Shown: in pieces, positions 26,240 to 35,333 of the stretch
Numbering within the stretch: position 1 is the stretch's first letter
Layout of the letters: each line of letters opens with the position of its first letter
DNA from: Phenylobacterium sp.
GTDB lineage: Bacteria; Pseudomonadota; Alphaproteobacteria; Caulobacterales; Caulobacteraceae
Assembly (NCBI RefSeq): GCF_030697925.1
Contig: NZ_JAUYOJ010000002.1
Coordinates: 3,369 to 67,368, forward strand
Direction of reading: 5' to 3'
Length of the DNA stretch: 64,000 bases
Translations under genes and position numbers: made by a program
Notes under the pieces: model-generated
Databases searched by the model: none
What the model was told of the DNA's origin: nothing
What the model saw: the letters and a program-made list of their open reading frames with translations, nothing else

Positions 26240-28462
26240 ATGGCGCCATCTGACGAGACTGCCGCCGCGCCGGCCTTGCACAGGGCCGCCCAGGCGGAGG
26301 CCGCCGCGCGCTACCTGCGCGTGCGTGAGGCCAGCCTGGCCATGACCGCGCATCTGTCGGCCGAAGACCAGCTCGCCCAGTCGATGCCCGACGCCAGCCC
26401 GACCAAGTGGCACCTGGCCCACACAACCTGGTTCTTCGAGACCTTCCTGCTGATCCCGAGGCTGGCCGACTACCGGCCGTTCAATCGCAGCTTCGCCTAT
26501 CTGTTCAACTCGTATTACGAGGCTCTCGGCCCCCGCCAGCCGCGGCCGGAGCGCGGACTGCTGACCCGCCCGTCGCTGGACGAGGTCAAGGCCTATCGCG
26601 CCCATGTGGACGACGGCATGATCCGGCTGCTGCGCCGCGACGCTTGCGCGGTCGCCGATCTGCTGGATCTGGGCCTGGCCCATGAGGAACAGCATCAGGA
26701 GCTGATCCTGATGGACATCCTGCACCTGTTCTCCCAGTCGCCGCTGAAGCCTGCCTACGCCCCGGCGCCGGCCCTGCCGGTGGGCGCTGATCCCGGTCCC
26801 GCGCGGCCCGTGGACTTCGCCGGGGGCCTGGTGGAGATCGGCCATTCGGGCGCGGACTTCGCCTTCGACAACGAGGGGCCGCGTCACAAGGTCTATCTGC
26901 AGCCCTATCGCATGGCCGACCGGCTGGTGACGAACAGCGAGTGGCTGGCCTTCATGGCCGACGGCGGTTACGCGCGCCCCGAACTCTGGCTCTCGGAAGG
27001 CTGGGCTACGGTGCAGGCCGAAGGTTGGAATGCGCCGCTCTACTGGCAAGAGGCGCCATCGGGTTGGCGAGCCATGACCCTGCAGGGTCTGCGCGCCATC
27101 GCCCCGCACGCCCCGGTGACCCACATCAGCTTCTACGAGGCTGACGCCTATGCCACCTGGGCCGGGGCGCGCCTGCCGACCGAGGCCGAGTGGGAGCACG
27201 CCGCCCGCGACATCCCGATGCGCGGCAACTTTCTCGGCAGCGGTCAGTTCGGCCCCGCCGCGACCCCAGCCGGGGCGTCGGGCCTGCGCCAGATGTTCGG
27301 CGACACCTGGGAATGGACCCGTAGCGCCTATGGCCCCTATCCCGGATTCCATCCGGCCGATGGGGCGGTGGGCGAGTACAACGGCAAGTTCATGATCGGC
27401 CAGATGGTGCTGCGCGGTGGCTGCTGCGTGACGCCGCAGGGCCACACGCGGGCCAGCTATCGCAACTTCTTCCAGCCGCAGCAGCGCTGGATGTTCTCGG
27501 GCCTGCGCCTGGCCTGGGACGCCATGGTCCGGGTCGAGGACGACGGCAGCGCCTTCGCCGCTGACGTGCGCCGCGGTCTGTCCCAGCGTCGCAAGGAGTT
27601 GCCGGCCAAGTACTTCTACGACGCCGAGGGCTCGGCCCTGTTCGAGGCGATCACCGACCTGCCGGAATACTATCCGACCCGCACCGAGGTCGCCCTGTTA
27701 CGCGCGACGGCGCCGGACATGGCCTCCCACATTCCGGCTGGCGCGGCCCTGGTGGAGTTCGGCAGCGGCGCCAGCACCAAGACCCGCATCCTGCTCGACG
27801 CGGCGCCGCGGACCGGGGTCTATGTCCCCATCGACATCAGCCGCTCGGCGCTCGACGCCGCCGCTGAAGCCATCGGCCGCGACTATCCGGGCCTTGAGGT
27901 GGCGCCTCTGGTGGACGACTTCACCACGGCGCTGGACCTGCCGGGCGAGGTGGGGGACCGACCCCGAGTCGGCTTCTTCCCGGGCTCGACCATCGGCAAC
28001 TTCCGGCCCCAGGAGGTGGTGGCCTTCCTGACCGCGGCCAGGCATCTGCTGGGCGAGGGCGCCGGCTTCCTGGTGGGGATAGACCTGGTCAAGGACGCCG
28101 GGACCCTGGTGGCGGCCTATGACGACGCCCAGGGCGTCACGGCCGCCTTCAACCTGAATCTTCTGGCGCGGATCAATCGGGAGCTGGAGGGGGATTTCGA
28201 TCTCTCGGCCTTCGAGCACCGGGCGGTGTGGAACGCGGAGGAAAGCCGGATGGAGATGCATCTGGTGAGCCTGCGCGATCAGGGCGTCCGCGCGGCGGGG
28301 GCCACGTTCCGCTTCAAGAGCGGCGAGACGATCCATACGGAAAACTCCTACAAGTTCACCGTGGACGGCTTCGCGAAGCTGGCGGAACAGGCGGGGTGGA
28401 AGCTGGAGCGGCGCTGGGAAAGCCCCGCTCCGAGCTTCGCGGTGGTCCTACTGAGAGCCTAG
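26240..28462 (+). CDS. egtB-egtD: ergothioneine biosynthesis fusion: sulfoxide synthase EgtB plus histidine trimethylase EgtD
   Basis: N-terminal part: SPTKWHLAH, FNSYY, HEEQHQE, FGE-like LPTEAEWE, GEYNGKFM. C-terminal part: KELPAKYFYD, EYYPTRTE, EFGSG, FPGSTIGN, GVTAAFNLN, IHTENSYK. Single reading frame. Confidence 0.92.
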   Translation: MAPSDETAAAPALHRAAQAEAAARYLRVREASLAMTAHLSAEDQLAQSMPDASPTKWHLAHTTWFFETFLLIPRLADYRPFNRSFAYLFNSYYEALGPRQPRPERGLLTRPSLDEVKAYRAHVDDGMIRLLRRDACAVADLLDLGLAHEEQHQELILMDILHLFSQSPLKPAYAPAPALPVGADPGPARPVDFAGGLVEIGHSGADFAFDNEGPRHKVYLQPYRMADRLVTNSEWLAFMADGGYARPELWLSEGWATVQAEGWNAPLYWQEAPSGWRAMTLQGLRAIAPHAPVTHISFYEADAYATWAGARLPTEAEWEHAARDIPMRGNFLGSGQFGPAATPAGASGLRQMFGDTWEWTRSAYGPYPGFHPADGAVGEYNGKFMIGQMVLRGGCCVTPQGHTRASYRNFFQPQQRWMFSGLRLAWDAMVRVEDDGSAFAADVRRGLSQRRKELPAKYFYDAEGSALFEAITDLPEYYPTRTEVALLRATAPDMASHIPAGAALVEFGSGASTKTRILLDAAPRTGVYVPIDISRSALDAAAEAIGRDYPGLEVAPLVDDFTTALDLPGEVGDRPRVGFFPGSTIGNFRPQEVVAFLTAARHLLGEGAGFLVGIDLVKDAGTLVAAYDDAQGVTAAFNLNLLARINRELEGDFDLSAFEHRAVWNAEESRMEMHLVSLRDQGVRAAGATFRFKSGETIHTENSYKFTVDGFAKLAEQAGWKLERRWESPAPSFAVVLLRA

Positions 28463-28677
28463 CTCTCCAGGCGTTCGCCGCGGGTGCGTCCGCCCCCACG
28501 GGACGATTCCCCGCCCTTGCGACCCGCCGAAGCCGCGAGGTCGCGGTCCTTGGCGAAACTACGTTTCTCACCCGGGACGCTGGCGCCGCCCTTGCGGGCG
28601 ATCTCGCGTCGGCGTTCGGGATTCATGGCTGCGAACCCTCGGCGGGATTTCGGCTTGGCGTTCGGATCAAGGTCCAT
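28459..28677 (-). CDS. KGG-repeat general stress protein (GsiB/YciG-like)
   Basis: RGFAAMNPERRREIARKGG...AASAGRKGG; start ATG at 28677 with RBS GAGGAG. Confidence 0.88.
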   Translation of the reverse strand: MDLDPNAKPKSRRGFAAMNPERRREIARKGGASVPGEKRSFAKDRDLAASAGRKGGESSRGGGRTRGERLES

Positions 28678-28799
28678 GAGCGACTCCTCTAATGCGTCGA
28701 CCGTTGGGGGATGCGGCGACGCCGCGACTTCCGTTACGGTCAAGCAAACTCGCCAGATGCGGCTGAGGTTGCGAGGAAAGTGCAGTCGGCGCCTGCGAC

Positions 28800-30050
28800 C
28801 TATTCGCGCCTTAGCGCCTCGATGGGGTCGAGCCGCGCTGCGCGCCAGGACGGATAGGCCCCGAACACCAGGCCCACGAGGCTGGAAAACCCTAGCGCAA
28901 TAGGGCCTGCCCACGGTGGAATCGCCACAGGCCAGGCGCCCAGCTTGGCGACGGCGACGGCCCCAAGCACACCGATCAGCAGGCCGATCAGGCCGCCGGC
29001 CAACGAAAGCGTGATCGCCTCGAGGGCAAATTGAATCAGAACCTGGGAGCGTTTCGCCCCCACCGCCATGCGCAGGCCGATCTCCCGGGTGCGCTCGGTG
29101 ACGGCCACCAGCATGATGTTCATGATGCCGACCCCGCCCACCACCAGCGACACCGCGGCCACCGCGGCCAGCAGGATGGTGAAGGTGGCGACGGCCGCCT
29201 GGGAGGCCTGGAGGATCGAGGCCATGTTCTGGGTCTGGAAATCGTCATCGTCTCCGGCGCGGATGCGATGCTGCTCGCGCAGCAGGTTGACGACGTCTTC
29301 CTGCACCCGGTCCAGGCTGTCGGCGTCGACGGCCTTCACATAGATGGTCTGGACGGTGTCGCCGCGGGCGCGGCGGCCGACGATGCGCGAGCGCACCGCT
29401 TCGAGCGGACCCAGCAGGACATCGTCCTGGTCCTGGCCGAAGCTCGACTGACCCTTGGATTCCAGCACCCCGATCACCTCGAAGGGCACGCTGCGCACCC
29501 GCACCCGGCGGCCGACGGGGTCGAGATCGCCCCACAGCTCGCGCGCCACGGTCTGGCCGATCACCACGACCTTGCGGCCCTGGCGCGACTCCCGCTCGTC
29601 GAACATGCGGCCCGAGGCGATGGCGAGGTCGCGGGCGACCAGGTAGTCCGGGGTCACCCCCTCGATACGGCTGTTCCAGTTGGCGCCGTCGGCGGTGAGC
29701 TGGGCCTGGCCGCGCACCACGGGGGCGATGGCGGCGACGTTCTCGACCTGTTTGGCGATGGCTTCGGCGTCGGCGTCCTTCAGAGACTGACCTGAACCCG
29801 CGGCGCCCATCACGAAGCCGCCTCCGCCGCCCCCGGCGCCGCCTCGGGAGGCGCCAGGCGAGACGATGATCAGGTTGGAGCCGAGCCCGGCGATTGTCGA
29901 GGTCACCCGCTGCTGCGCGCCCAGGCCGATGGAGGTCATCATCACCACGGCGGCCACCCCGATCACCACGCCCAGCGAGGTTAGGGCGGAGCGCATCGGG
30001 TGAGCGATGATGGCTCCCGTGGCGAAACGCAGAAGCTCGATGGAGCGCAT
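28800..30050 (-). CDS. MacB-like ABC permease (FtsX domain)
   Basis: [48 protein letters not shown]. Confidence 0.93.
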   Translation of the reverse strand: MRSIELLRFATGAIIAHPMRSALTSLGVVIGVAAVVMMTSIGLGAQQRVTSTIAGLGSNLIIVSPGASRGGAGGGGGGFVMGAAGSGQSLKDADAEAIAKQVENVAAIAPVVRGQAQLTADGANWNSRIEGVTPDYLVARDLAIASGRMFDERESRQGRKVVVIGQTVARELWGDLDPVGRRVRVRSVPFEVIGVLESKGQSSFGQDQDDVLLGPLEAVRSRIVGRRARGDTVQTIYVKAVDADSLDRVQEDVVNLLREQHRIRAGDDDDFQTQNMASILQASQAAVATFTILLAAVAAVSLVVGGVGIMNIMLVAVTERTREIGLRMAVGAKRSQVLIQFALEAITLSLAGGLIGLLIGVLGAVAVAKLGAWPVAIPPWAGPIALGFSSLVGLVFGAYPSWRAARLDPIEALRRE

Positions 30051-30052
30051 GG

Positions 30053-30730
30053 TCAGACCCCCCGCTCGTCGGAGACCACCAGACCGTCGCGGAAAGAGAT
30101 GCGGCGATCGGTGGAGGCCGCCACGTCGTGGTCATGCGTGACCAGGATCAGGGTCAGGCCTTCCCTGTTGAGCTGCTTGAACAGGGCCAGCACCTCCTGG
30201 CCGGTCTGGGTGTCCAGCGCCCCGGTGGGCTCGTCGGCAAGCAGCAGGTCGGGCGAATTGGCCAGCGAGCGGGCGATGGCCACCCGCTGCTGCTGGCCGC
30301 CGGAGAGCTGGGTTGGTTTGTGACCCATGCGCGGACCCAGGCCGACGCGCTCCAGCATCTCGGCGGCCCGGTCTCGGCGCTCGCGCGGGGCCAGGCCCGC
30401 ATAGATCATCGGCAGTTCGACGTTCTGCAAGGCGGTCAGCCGCGGCAGGAGCTGGAAGGACTGGAACACGAAACCGATCCGCCGGCGGCGGAACTCGGCC
30501 AGCTCGTCGTCGCTGAACGCCCCCACGTCCTCGCCCTCGAAACGGTAGACGCCCGTGGAAGGACGGTCGAGGCCGCCCAGGATGTTCATCAGCGACGACT
30601 TGCCCGAGCCCGACGGCCCGATCACCGCCACGTTCTCTCCGCGCCCGATGGAGAGAGTGACGCCGGCCAGGGCCGCGACTTCCTCCTCGCCCATCACGTA
30701 GAGCTTCCGGAGATCGGAGATCTCGATCAC
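30053..30730 (-). CDS. ABC ATP-binding protein (MacB/LolD type)
   Basis: [30 protein letters not shown]. Confidence 0.96.
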   Translation of the reverse strand: MIEISDLRKLYVMGEEEVAALAGVTLSIGRGENVAVIGPSGSGKSSLMNILGGLDRPSTGVYRFEGEDVGAFSDDELAEFRRRRIGFVFQSFQLLPRLTALQNVELPMIYAGLAPRERRDRAAEMLERVGLGPRMGHKPTQLSGGQQQRVAIARSLANSPDLLLADEPTGALDTQTGQEVLALFKQLNREGLTLILVTHDHDVAASTDRRISFRDGLVVSDERGV

Positions 30731-30734
30731 GGCG

Positions 30735-32321
30735 TCACATCCGCACCCGCACGCCGCCGCCGCCGCCCGTCGGGCCGCCCATGGGGGAGGGCGCCTTGAT
30801 CTTGGCCTTCGGTCCGCCGCCAGTGATCACCTGGTCGCCGGCCTTGAGCGCGCCGCGGATCTCGGTGAACGAGCCGTCGGTGGCGCCCACCCGCACCGGG
30901 ATCGGAACCGGCTTGTCGTCGCGCAGCACATAGACCACCCCGCCGGTGAAGCCCGAGCGGTCGCCGCGGCCGCCCTGGCCGATGGTGGCGCGCAGGGCCG
31001 CGAGCTTGGTCTTCTGGCCGGCCTTCAGAGAGGGTTCCAGCTTGGCCAGGGCTTCGGTCATGTTCTTGCGCATGGCCTCGCGCATCGCGCCGCGGTCGCC
31101 GCCGGCCGAGGCGAAGGCCGCCGCCGACTTCTGGCGCAGCTCGGCCTGGATGGCATCCCATTTCTTCTGCTGGTCGGCGTCGAGGTCGAGCTGGGCGATG
31201 ATCCGCTGGCCGCCCATGCCGCCGCCCTGGCGTCCGCCGCCGCCCTGCTGGCGCTGGCCGCCGCCGCCGCCGCCGGGGCCGCCCATGCCAGGCGGGCCAA
31301 AGCCCGGCGCGCGCACGGTCTGGCCGTTCTCGCTGGCCGGGGTCCAGCGCAGGGCCGCGACCGGGACCTTCATGACATTTGGCTTCTGCTGGATGACGAT
31401 GTCGGCGTTGGCGGTCATGCCGGGCAGCAGGTTGCCGCGCGGATTGTTGGCCTCGGCCATGACGATATAGGCGACCACGTTTTGCTCGGTGACCGGTTGC
31501 TTGCGGACCTGGGTGACGATCCCGGTGAAGTTCTCGTCCGGGAAGGCGTCGACGGTGAACTTCACCGACTGGCCCTCCTGCACCTGGCCGATGTCGGCCT
31601 CGTCGACGGAGATCTTCACCTCCACCTTCGACAGGTCCTGGGCGATGCGGAACAGGATCGGGGCCTGCAGGCTGGCGGCCACGGTCTGGCCGGGCTCGAT
31701 CTGGCGGTCGACGATCACCCCGTCGATCGGGGCGACGATAGTGGTGCGGCCCAGGTCCACACGCTGGCTGCGCAGGGCCGCCTGGCTCTGGGCGATGCGG
31801 GCGCGGGCGCTGTCCACGCCGGCCTGGGCCTGGCGGAAGGCGGCCTGGGAAACGTCCAGGGTCGAAGGCGCATAGATGCCCTGGCTCACCAGCGTCTTTT
31901 TGCGATCGTAGTCGGCCTGGGCCGAGGCCAGCCCTGCCTGGGCCTGGCGCAGGGCGGCCTGGCCGGCCACCACGTCGGCCTGACCTTGCTGGACCCGGCT
32001 CTCATAGGTCTGGGGATCGAGCACGGCCAGCACCTGGCCCCGCTTCACCTCATCGTTGAAGTCGACCATCACCTGGGTGATCTGGCCCGAGATCTGCGAC
32101 CCCACGTCCACCGTCACCAGGGCCTCCAGCGTTCCGGAGGCCGAGACCGATTTCGTGATCGATCCGGTCTCCACCGCCGCCGTCCGGTAGGGATCCTTCG
32201 GCGCCTTGGGCTTCATCACCTGCCAGCCGACCAGCCCCGCGGCCAACAGGGCGACGACGGCGAGCGCGATCCGGGCGACGCGGGGCAGGCGCTTGGCCGA
32301 ACGGATGGGAGAGGGGCTCAT
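30735..32321 (-). CDS. MacA-like periplasmic adaptor with Gly-rich/helical insertion
   Basis: TM anchor, VGSQISGQI, APIDGVIV, VDEADIG, LLPGMTA. Confidence 0.92.
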   Translation of the reverse strand: MSPSPIRSAKRLPRVARIALAVVALLAAGLVGWQVMKPKAPKDPYRTAAVETGSITKSVSASGTLEALVTVDVGSQISGQITQVMVDFNDEVKRGQVLAVLDPQTYESRVQQGQADVVAGQAALRQAQAGLASAQADYDRKKTLVSQGIYAPSTLDVSQAAFRQAQAGVDSARARIAQSQAALRSQRVDLGRTTIVAPIDGVIVDRQIEPGQTVAASLQAPILFRIAQDLSKVEVKISVDEADIGQVQEGQSVKFTVDAFPDENFTGIVTQVRKQPVTEQNVVAYIVMAEANNPRGNLLPGMTANADIVIQQKPNVMKVPVAALRWTPASENGQTVRAPGFGPPGMGGPGGGGGGQRQQGGGGRQGGGMGGQRIIAQLDLDADQQKKWDAIQAELRQKSAAAFASAGGDRGAMREAMRKNMTEALAKLEPSLKAGQKTKLAALRATIGQGGRGDRSGFTGGVVYVLRDDKPVPIPVRVGATDGSFTEIRGALKAGDQVITGGGPKAKIKAPSPMGGPTGGGGGVRVRM

Positions 32322-32465
32322 GCGACGGGGGATCTCCGAAATTCGCCCAATGGTTTAGCCTGCTCTACCTGAACCGCAGCCAACCGTCAGATACGGCGCC
32401 GCGCAGGCTTGCCGTCTCAAGAACAAACCGGCGTTACGTGGCAATGTCGGTGTGGCAACAAATGC

Positions 32466-33821
32466 CTAGAGCGGTAGCTGGACCCGGGCGGTCAGCCCGC
32501 CGCCGCCGCGGTTGATGAGGGAGACATCCCCGCCGTGACCGCGGGCCACGGAGCGCACGACGGCGAGGCCGAGGCCTATCCCGCCGGTTTGGCGGCTACG
32601 CGAGGGCTCGCGGCGGTAGAAGGGTTCGAAGACCCGTTCGCGATCCTCGTTCGGGATGCCGGGACCGTCGTCTTCGATCTCGACCACGGCGCTGCCGGCG
32701 TCGACGAAGACCCGCGCCCGGGCCCGGCCGCCATACTTCACGGCGTTGTCGAGCAGGTTGGTGAACATGCGGCGCAGGGCGACCGGATCGCCGTGCAGGA
32801 CCACCTTTTCGCCGCGCTCGACCTCGGTGTCGGCGCCGGTCTCGGCCATCTCGTCGCAGACGCTCTCCAGCAGGGAGGAAAGCTCCAAGGGTGTGCGCTC
32901 CCCGGCGCGGGTGGCGTCGCGCACGAAGGTCAGGGCCGCGGAGATCATCTCCTCCATCTGGTCGATGTCGGCGGCCATCTTGGCGCGGCTGTCCTCCGGC
33001 GCGCTCTCGATGCGGAACCGCAGGCGGGTGAGCGGCGTGCGCAGGTCGTGGGCGATGGCGCCGACCATGGCGGTGCGGTCCTCCACATAGCGGCGCAGGC
33101 GCTCCTGCATGTCGTTGAAGGCGCGCGCGGCGATGGCCACCTCGGCGGGGCCCTTCAGTGACAGCGGCGCGGCGCGGGGATCGCGCCCCAGCCGCTCGGC
33201 GGCGTCGGCGAACAGGCCGATGGGCGCCGACAGCCGGCGCGCGAACACATAGGCCACGGGCGCCATGGCCAGACCCGAGAGCAGGAACCAGAGCACGATC
33301 CGCTGCTGCCAGGGATCGAGCCCGATCGCGGGCTCGGGCCGCACGATCATCCATCTGCCGTCCGGCTGGCGGACCGCCACGTCGAAGGGTGCGATCAGGA
33401 AGTGCTCCTCGCGCTCCGCGGCGCCGCCCTCACGCGCCATTCGGTCGCGGACGATGCGGAACACCCGCCGATCGGAGACCGGGAAGCGGGAGGTCGCGGC
33501 GATCACCACGCGCTCGTCGGGGACGCCCAGCGCCTGGGCCAGTTGATGCCGGATGATCGGCGCCATGCGGCCCTCCATCGGCAGCTGGGGCGCGGCGTCG
33601 GCGAACTGAACGGTCAGCGGGCGTCGTTCGGTGAAGGTGGGCGTGGCGCCCCGGAACGCCGCGACGATCTCGCTCACGCGGTAGAAGTCCGGCGCGGGTG
33701 GCGGCAGGTTGAACAGCATGACCAGGCTGATGGTCTGGGCGGCCACCAGGCTGATGCCGATCAGGGCCAGGAGCTGGGCGAACAGCGAGGCCGTCGGCCG
33801 TCCCGACCAGGGAAGTCTCAT
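32466..33821 (-). CDS. sensor histidine kinase (2 TM, HAMP, HisKA)
   Basis: AIAHDLRTPL, NLLDNAVKYG, DDGPGI, GIGLGL. Confidence 0.95.
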   Translation of the reverse strand: MRLPWSGRPTASLFAQLLALIGISLVAAQTISLVMLFNLPPPAPDFYRVSEIVAAFRGATPTFTERRPLTVQFADAAPQLPMEGRMAPIIRHQLAQALGVPDERVVIAATSRFPVSDRRVFRIVRDRMAREGGAAEREEHFLIAPFDVAVRQPDGRWMIVRPEPAIGLDPWQQRIVLWFLLSGLAMAPVAYVFARRLSAPIGLFADAAERLGRDPRAAPLSLKGPAEVAIAARAFNDMQERLRRYVEDRTAMVGAIAHDLRTPLTRLRFRIESAPEDSRAKMAADIDQMEEMISAALTFVRDATRAGERTPLELSSLLESVCDEMAETGADTEVERGEKVVLHGDPVALRRMFTNLLDNAVKYGGRARARVFVDAGSAVVEIEDDGPGIPNEDRERVFEPFYRREPSRSRQTGGIGLGLAVVRSVARGHGGDVSLINRGGGGLTARVQLPL

Positions 33822-34558
33822 CCCCGTTTCACCTTGGCGGTGAACATGTAGCCCTCGTTGCGGATCGTGCGGATCAGGTCCTGGCCGCCGCCGTCGTCCA
33901 GCTTGCGCCGCAGGCGGCTGATCTGCACGTCGATGGCTCGGTCGAAGGCTTCGGAATCCGGCCCGCGGGCGAACTCTAGGAGCTGGTCGCGGGTCAGCAC
34001 CCGCTGCGGGCGCTCCACGAAGGTGCGGAGCAGTGAGAACTCACCGGAAGACAGGTTGACCACCACGCCCTGGGGCGAGCGAAGTTCGCGGCGCACCAGG
34101 TCGAGGCGCCAGCCGGCGAACTCGCAGCCGGCGGCGGCGCTCGTGGACTGGCCGCGTTGCTCGGCGCGGCGCAGCACCGCCCGCACCCGGGCCAGCAGTT
34201 CGCGCGGATTGCAGGGCTTGGAGAGATAGTCGTCGGCGCCCAGCTCGAGGCCGACGATGCGGTCGGTGTCCTCGCCCATGGCCGACAGCATGATGATCGG
34301 CGGGCCGTCGCCCACCGCCAGGCGGCGGCAGATGGCCAGGCCGTCCTCCCCGGGCAGCATGACATCCAGCACGATGAGGTCGACCGGGCCGCGCTCCAGC
34401 GCCTGTTCCATCTCGCGCGCGTCGCCGGCGGTGTCGACGGCGTAGCCGTGCTTGCCGAGGAAGTCGGAAACAACGTCCCGGATGCCCGGGTCGTCGTCGA
34501 CCATCAGGATGCGCGCGGCCCGGTGAGGCTGATCTGTCGAGGTGTCCATTCGCGCCAT
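33818..34558 (-). CDS. OmpR-family response regulator
   Basis: VDDD, LDVMLPGEDG, KP, wHTH ending IRTIRNEGY. Confidence 0.96.
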   Translation of the reverse strand: MARMDTSTDQPHRAARILMVDDDPGIRDVVSDFLGKHGYAVDTAGDAREMEQALERGPVDLIVLDVMLPGEDGLAICRRLAVGDGPPIIMLSAMGEDTDRIVGLELGADDYLSKPCNPRELLARVRAVLRRAEQRGQSTSAAAGCEFAGWRLDLVRRELRSPQGVVVNLSSGEFSLLRTFVERPQRVLTRDQLLEFARGPDSEAFDRAIDVQISRLRRKLDDGGGQDLIRTIRNEGYMFTAKVKRG

Positions 34559-34601
34559 CCTTACGTCTTCCCGTAACGCGCGGATTTCACGCTTGAAAGC
34601 A

Positions 34602-35270
34602 TCATGCGTCGGCCAGCACCTCGTCGGCGACGAAGGGATTGGTGCGTCGCTCGGCCCCGAAGGTCGACATGGGGCCGTGGCCCGGCACGAAGGCGACGTC
34701 GTCCCCCAGCGGCCAGAGTCGGCCGGTGATGGAGTCGATGAGCTGCTGGTGATTGCCGCGGGGGAAATCGGTGCGGCCGATGGAACCCTGGAACAACACG
34801 TCGCCCACCTGGGCGAAGCGGGCCTCCCGGTGGAAGAAGACCACGTGACCGGGAGTGTGGCCGGGGCAGTGATAGACCTCGAACTGGGTCTCTCCCAGCG
34901 TCACTATGTCGCCGTCGGCCAGCCAGCGGTCGGGGGTGAAGGTCTTGGCGTCCGGCATGCCCCAGCGCGCCCCGGAGGTTCCGATCTCGTCGATCCAGAA
35001 GGCGTCGTCCGGGTGCGGTCCCTCGATGGGGCAGCCGGTGATCTCCTTGAGCGCCGCCGTGCCGCCGGCATGGTCCAGATGGCCGTGGGTGATCCAGATC
35101 TTCTCGAGGGTGAGGTCGTGCGCCTTCAGGGCCTCGAGCAGGCGGGGAACCTCCCCGCCGGGATCGATGATCGCGGCCTTCCGGGTCTTGGCGCACCAGA
35201 CGATGGTGCAGTTCTGCGCCAGGGGCGTGACGGGGGCGATCAGGGCGCGGATGGGCGGTTCGGTGCTCAT
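34602..35270 (-). CDS. MBL-fold metallo-hydrolase (YcbL/GloC-like)
   Basis: THGHLDH, PGHTPGH, GDVLF, PGHG. Confidence 0.9.
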   Translation of the reverse strand: MSTEPPIRALIAPVTPLAQNCTIVWCAKTRKAAIIDPGGEVPRLLEALKAHDLTLEKIWITHGHLDHAGGTAALKEITGCPIEGPHPDDAFWIDEIGTSGARWGMPDAKTFTPDRWLADGDIVTLGETQFEVYHCPGHTPGHVVFFHREARFAQVGDVLFQGSIGRTDFPRGNHQQLIDSITGRLWPLGDDVAFVPGHGPMSTFGAERRTNPFVADEVLADA

Positions 35271-35300
35271 GGCCCTAACATCGGGCCTCCGCCGCCATAT

Positions 35301-35325
35301 GAAAAGACCCGGGCGAACCCGGGTC
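35301..35325 (-). terminator. Rho-independent terminator after the permease gene
   Basis: Minus strand GACCCGGG-TTCG-CCCGGGTC-TTTTC. Confidence 0.8.
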
Positions 35326-35333
35326 TCTCCGTA

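Noticed and set aside
26240-28462. OvoA (ovothiol) or SenA (selenoneine) interpretation of the fusion
   Set aside because: The C-terminal domain has EgtD-specific motifs (PAKYFYD, EYYPTRTE, GVTAAFNLN, IHTENSYK) rather than the OvoA methyltransferase. No SenB or SenC/selD neighbours are present.
28678-28799. EcfG promoter for the KGG stress gene
   Set aside because: The best match is GGAAG or GTAAC without a CGTT at 16-17 nt.
32437-32457. GTGGCAA direct repeat upstream of macA
   Set aside because: The 14-bp period does not fit OmpR-type spacing, and it sits at the very end of the kinase gene.
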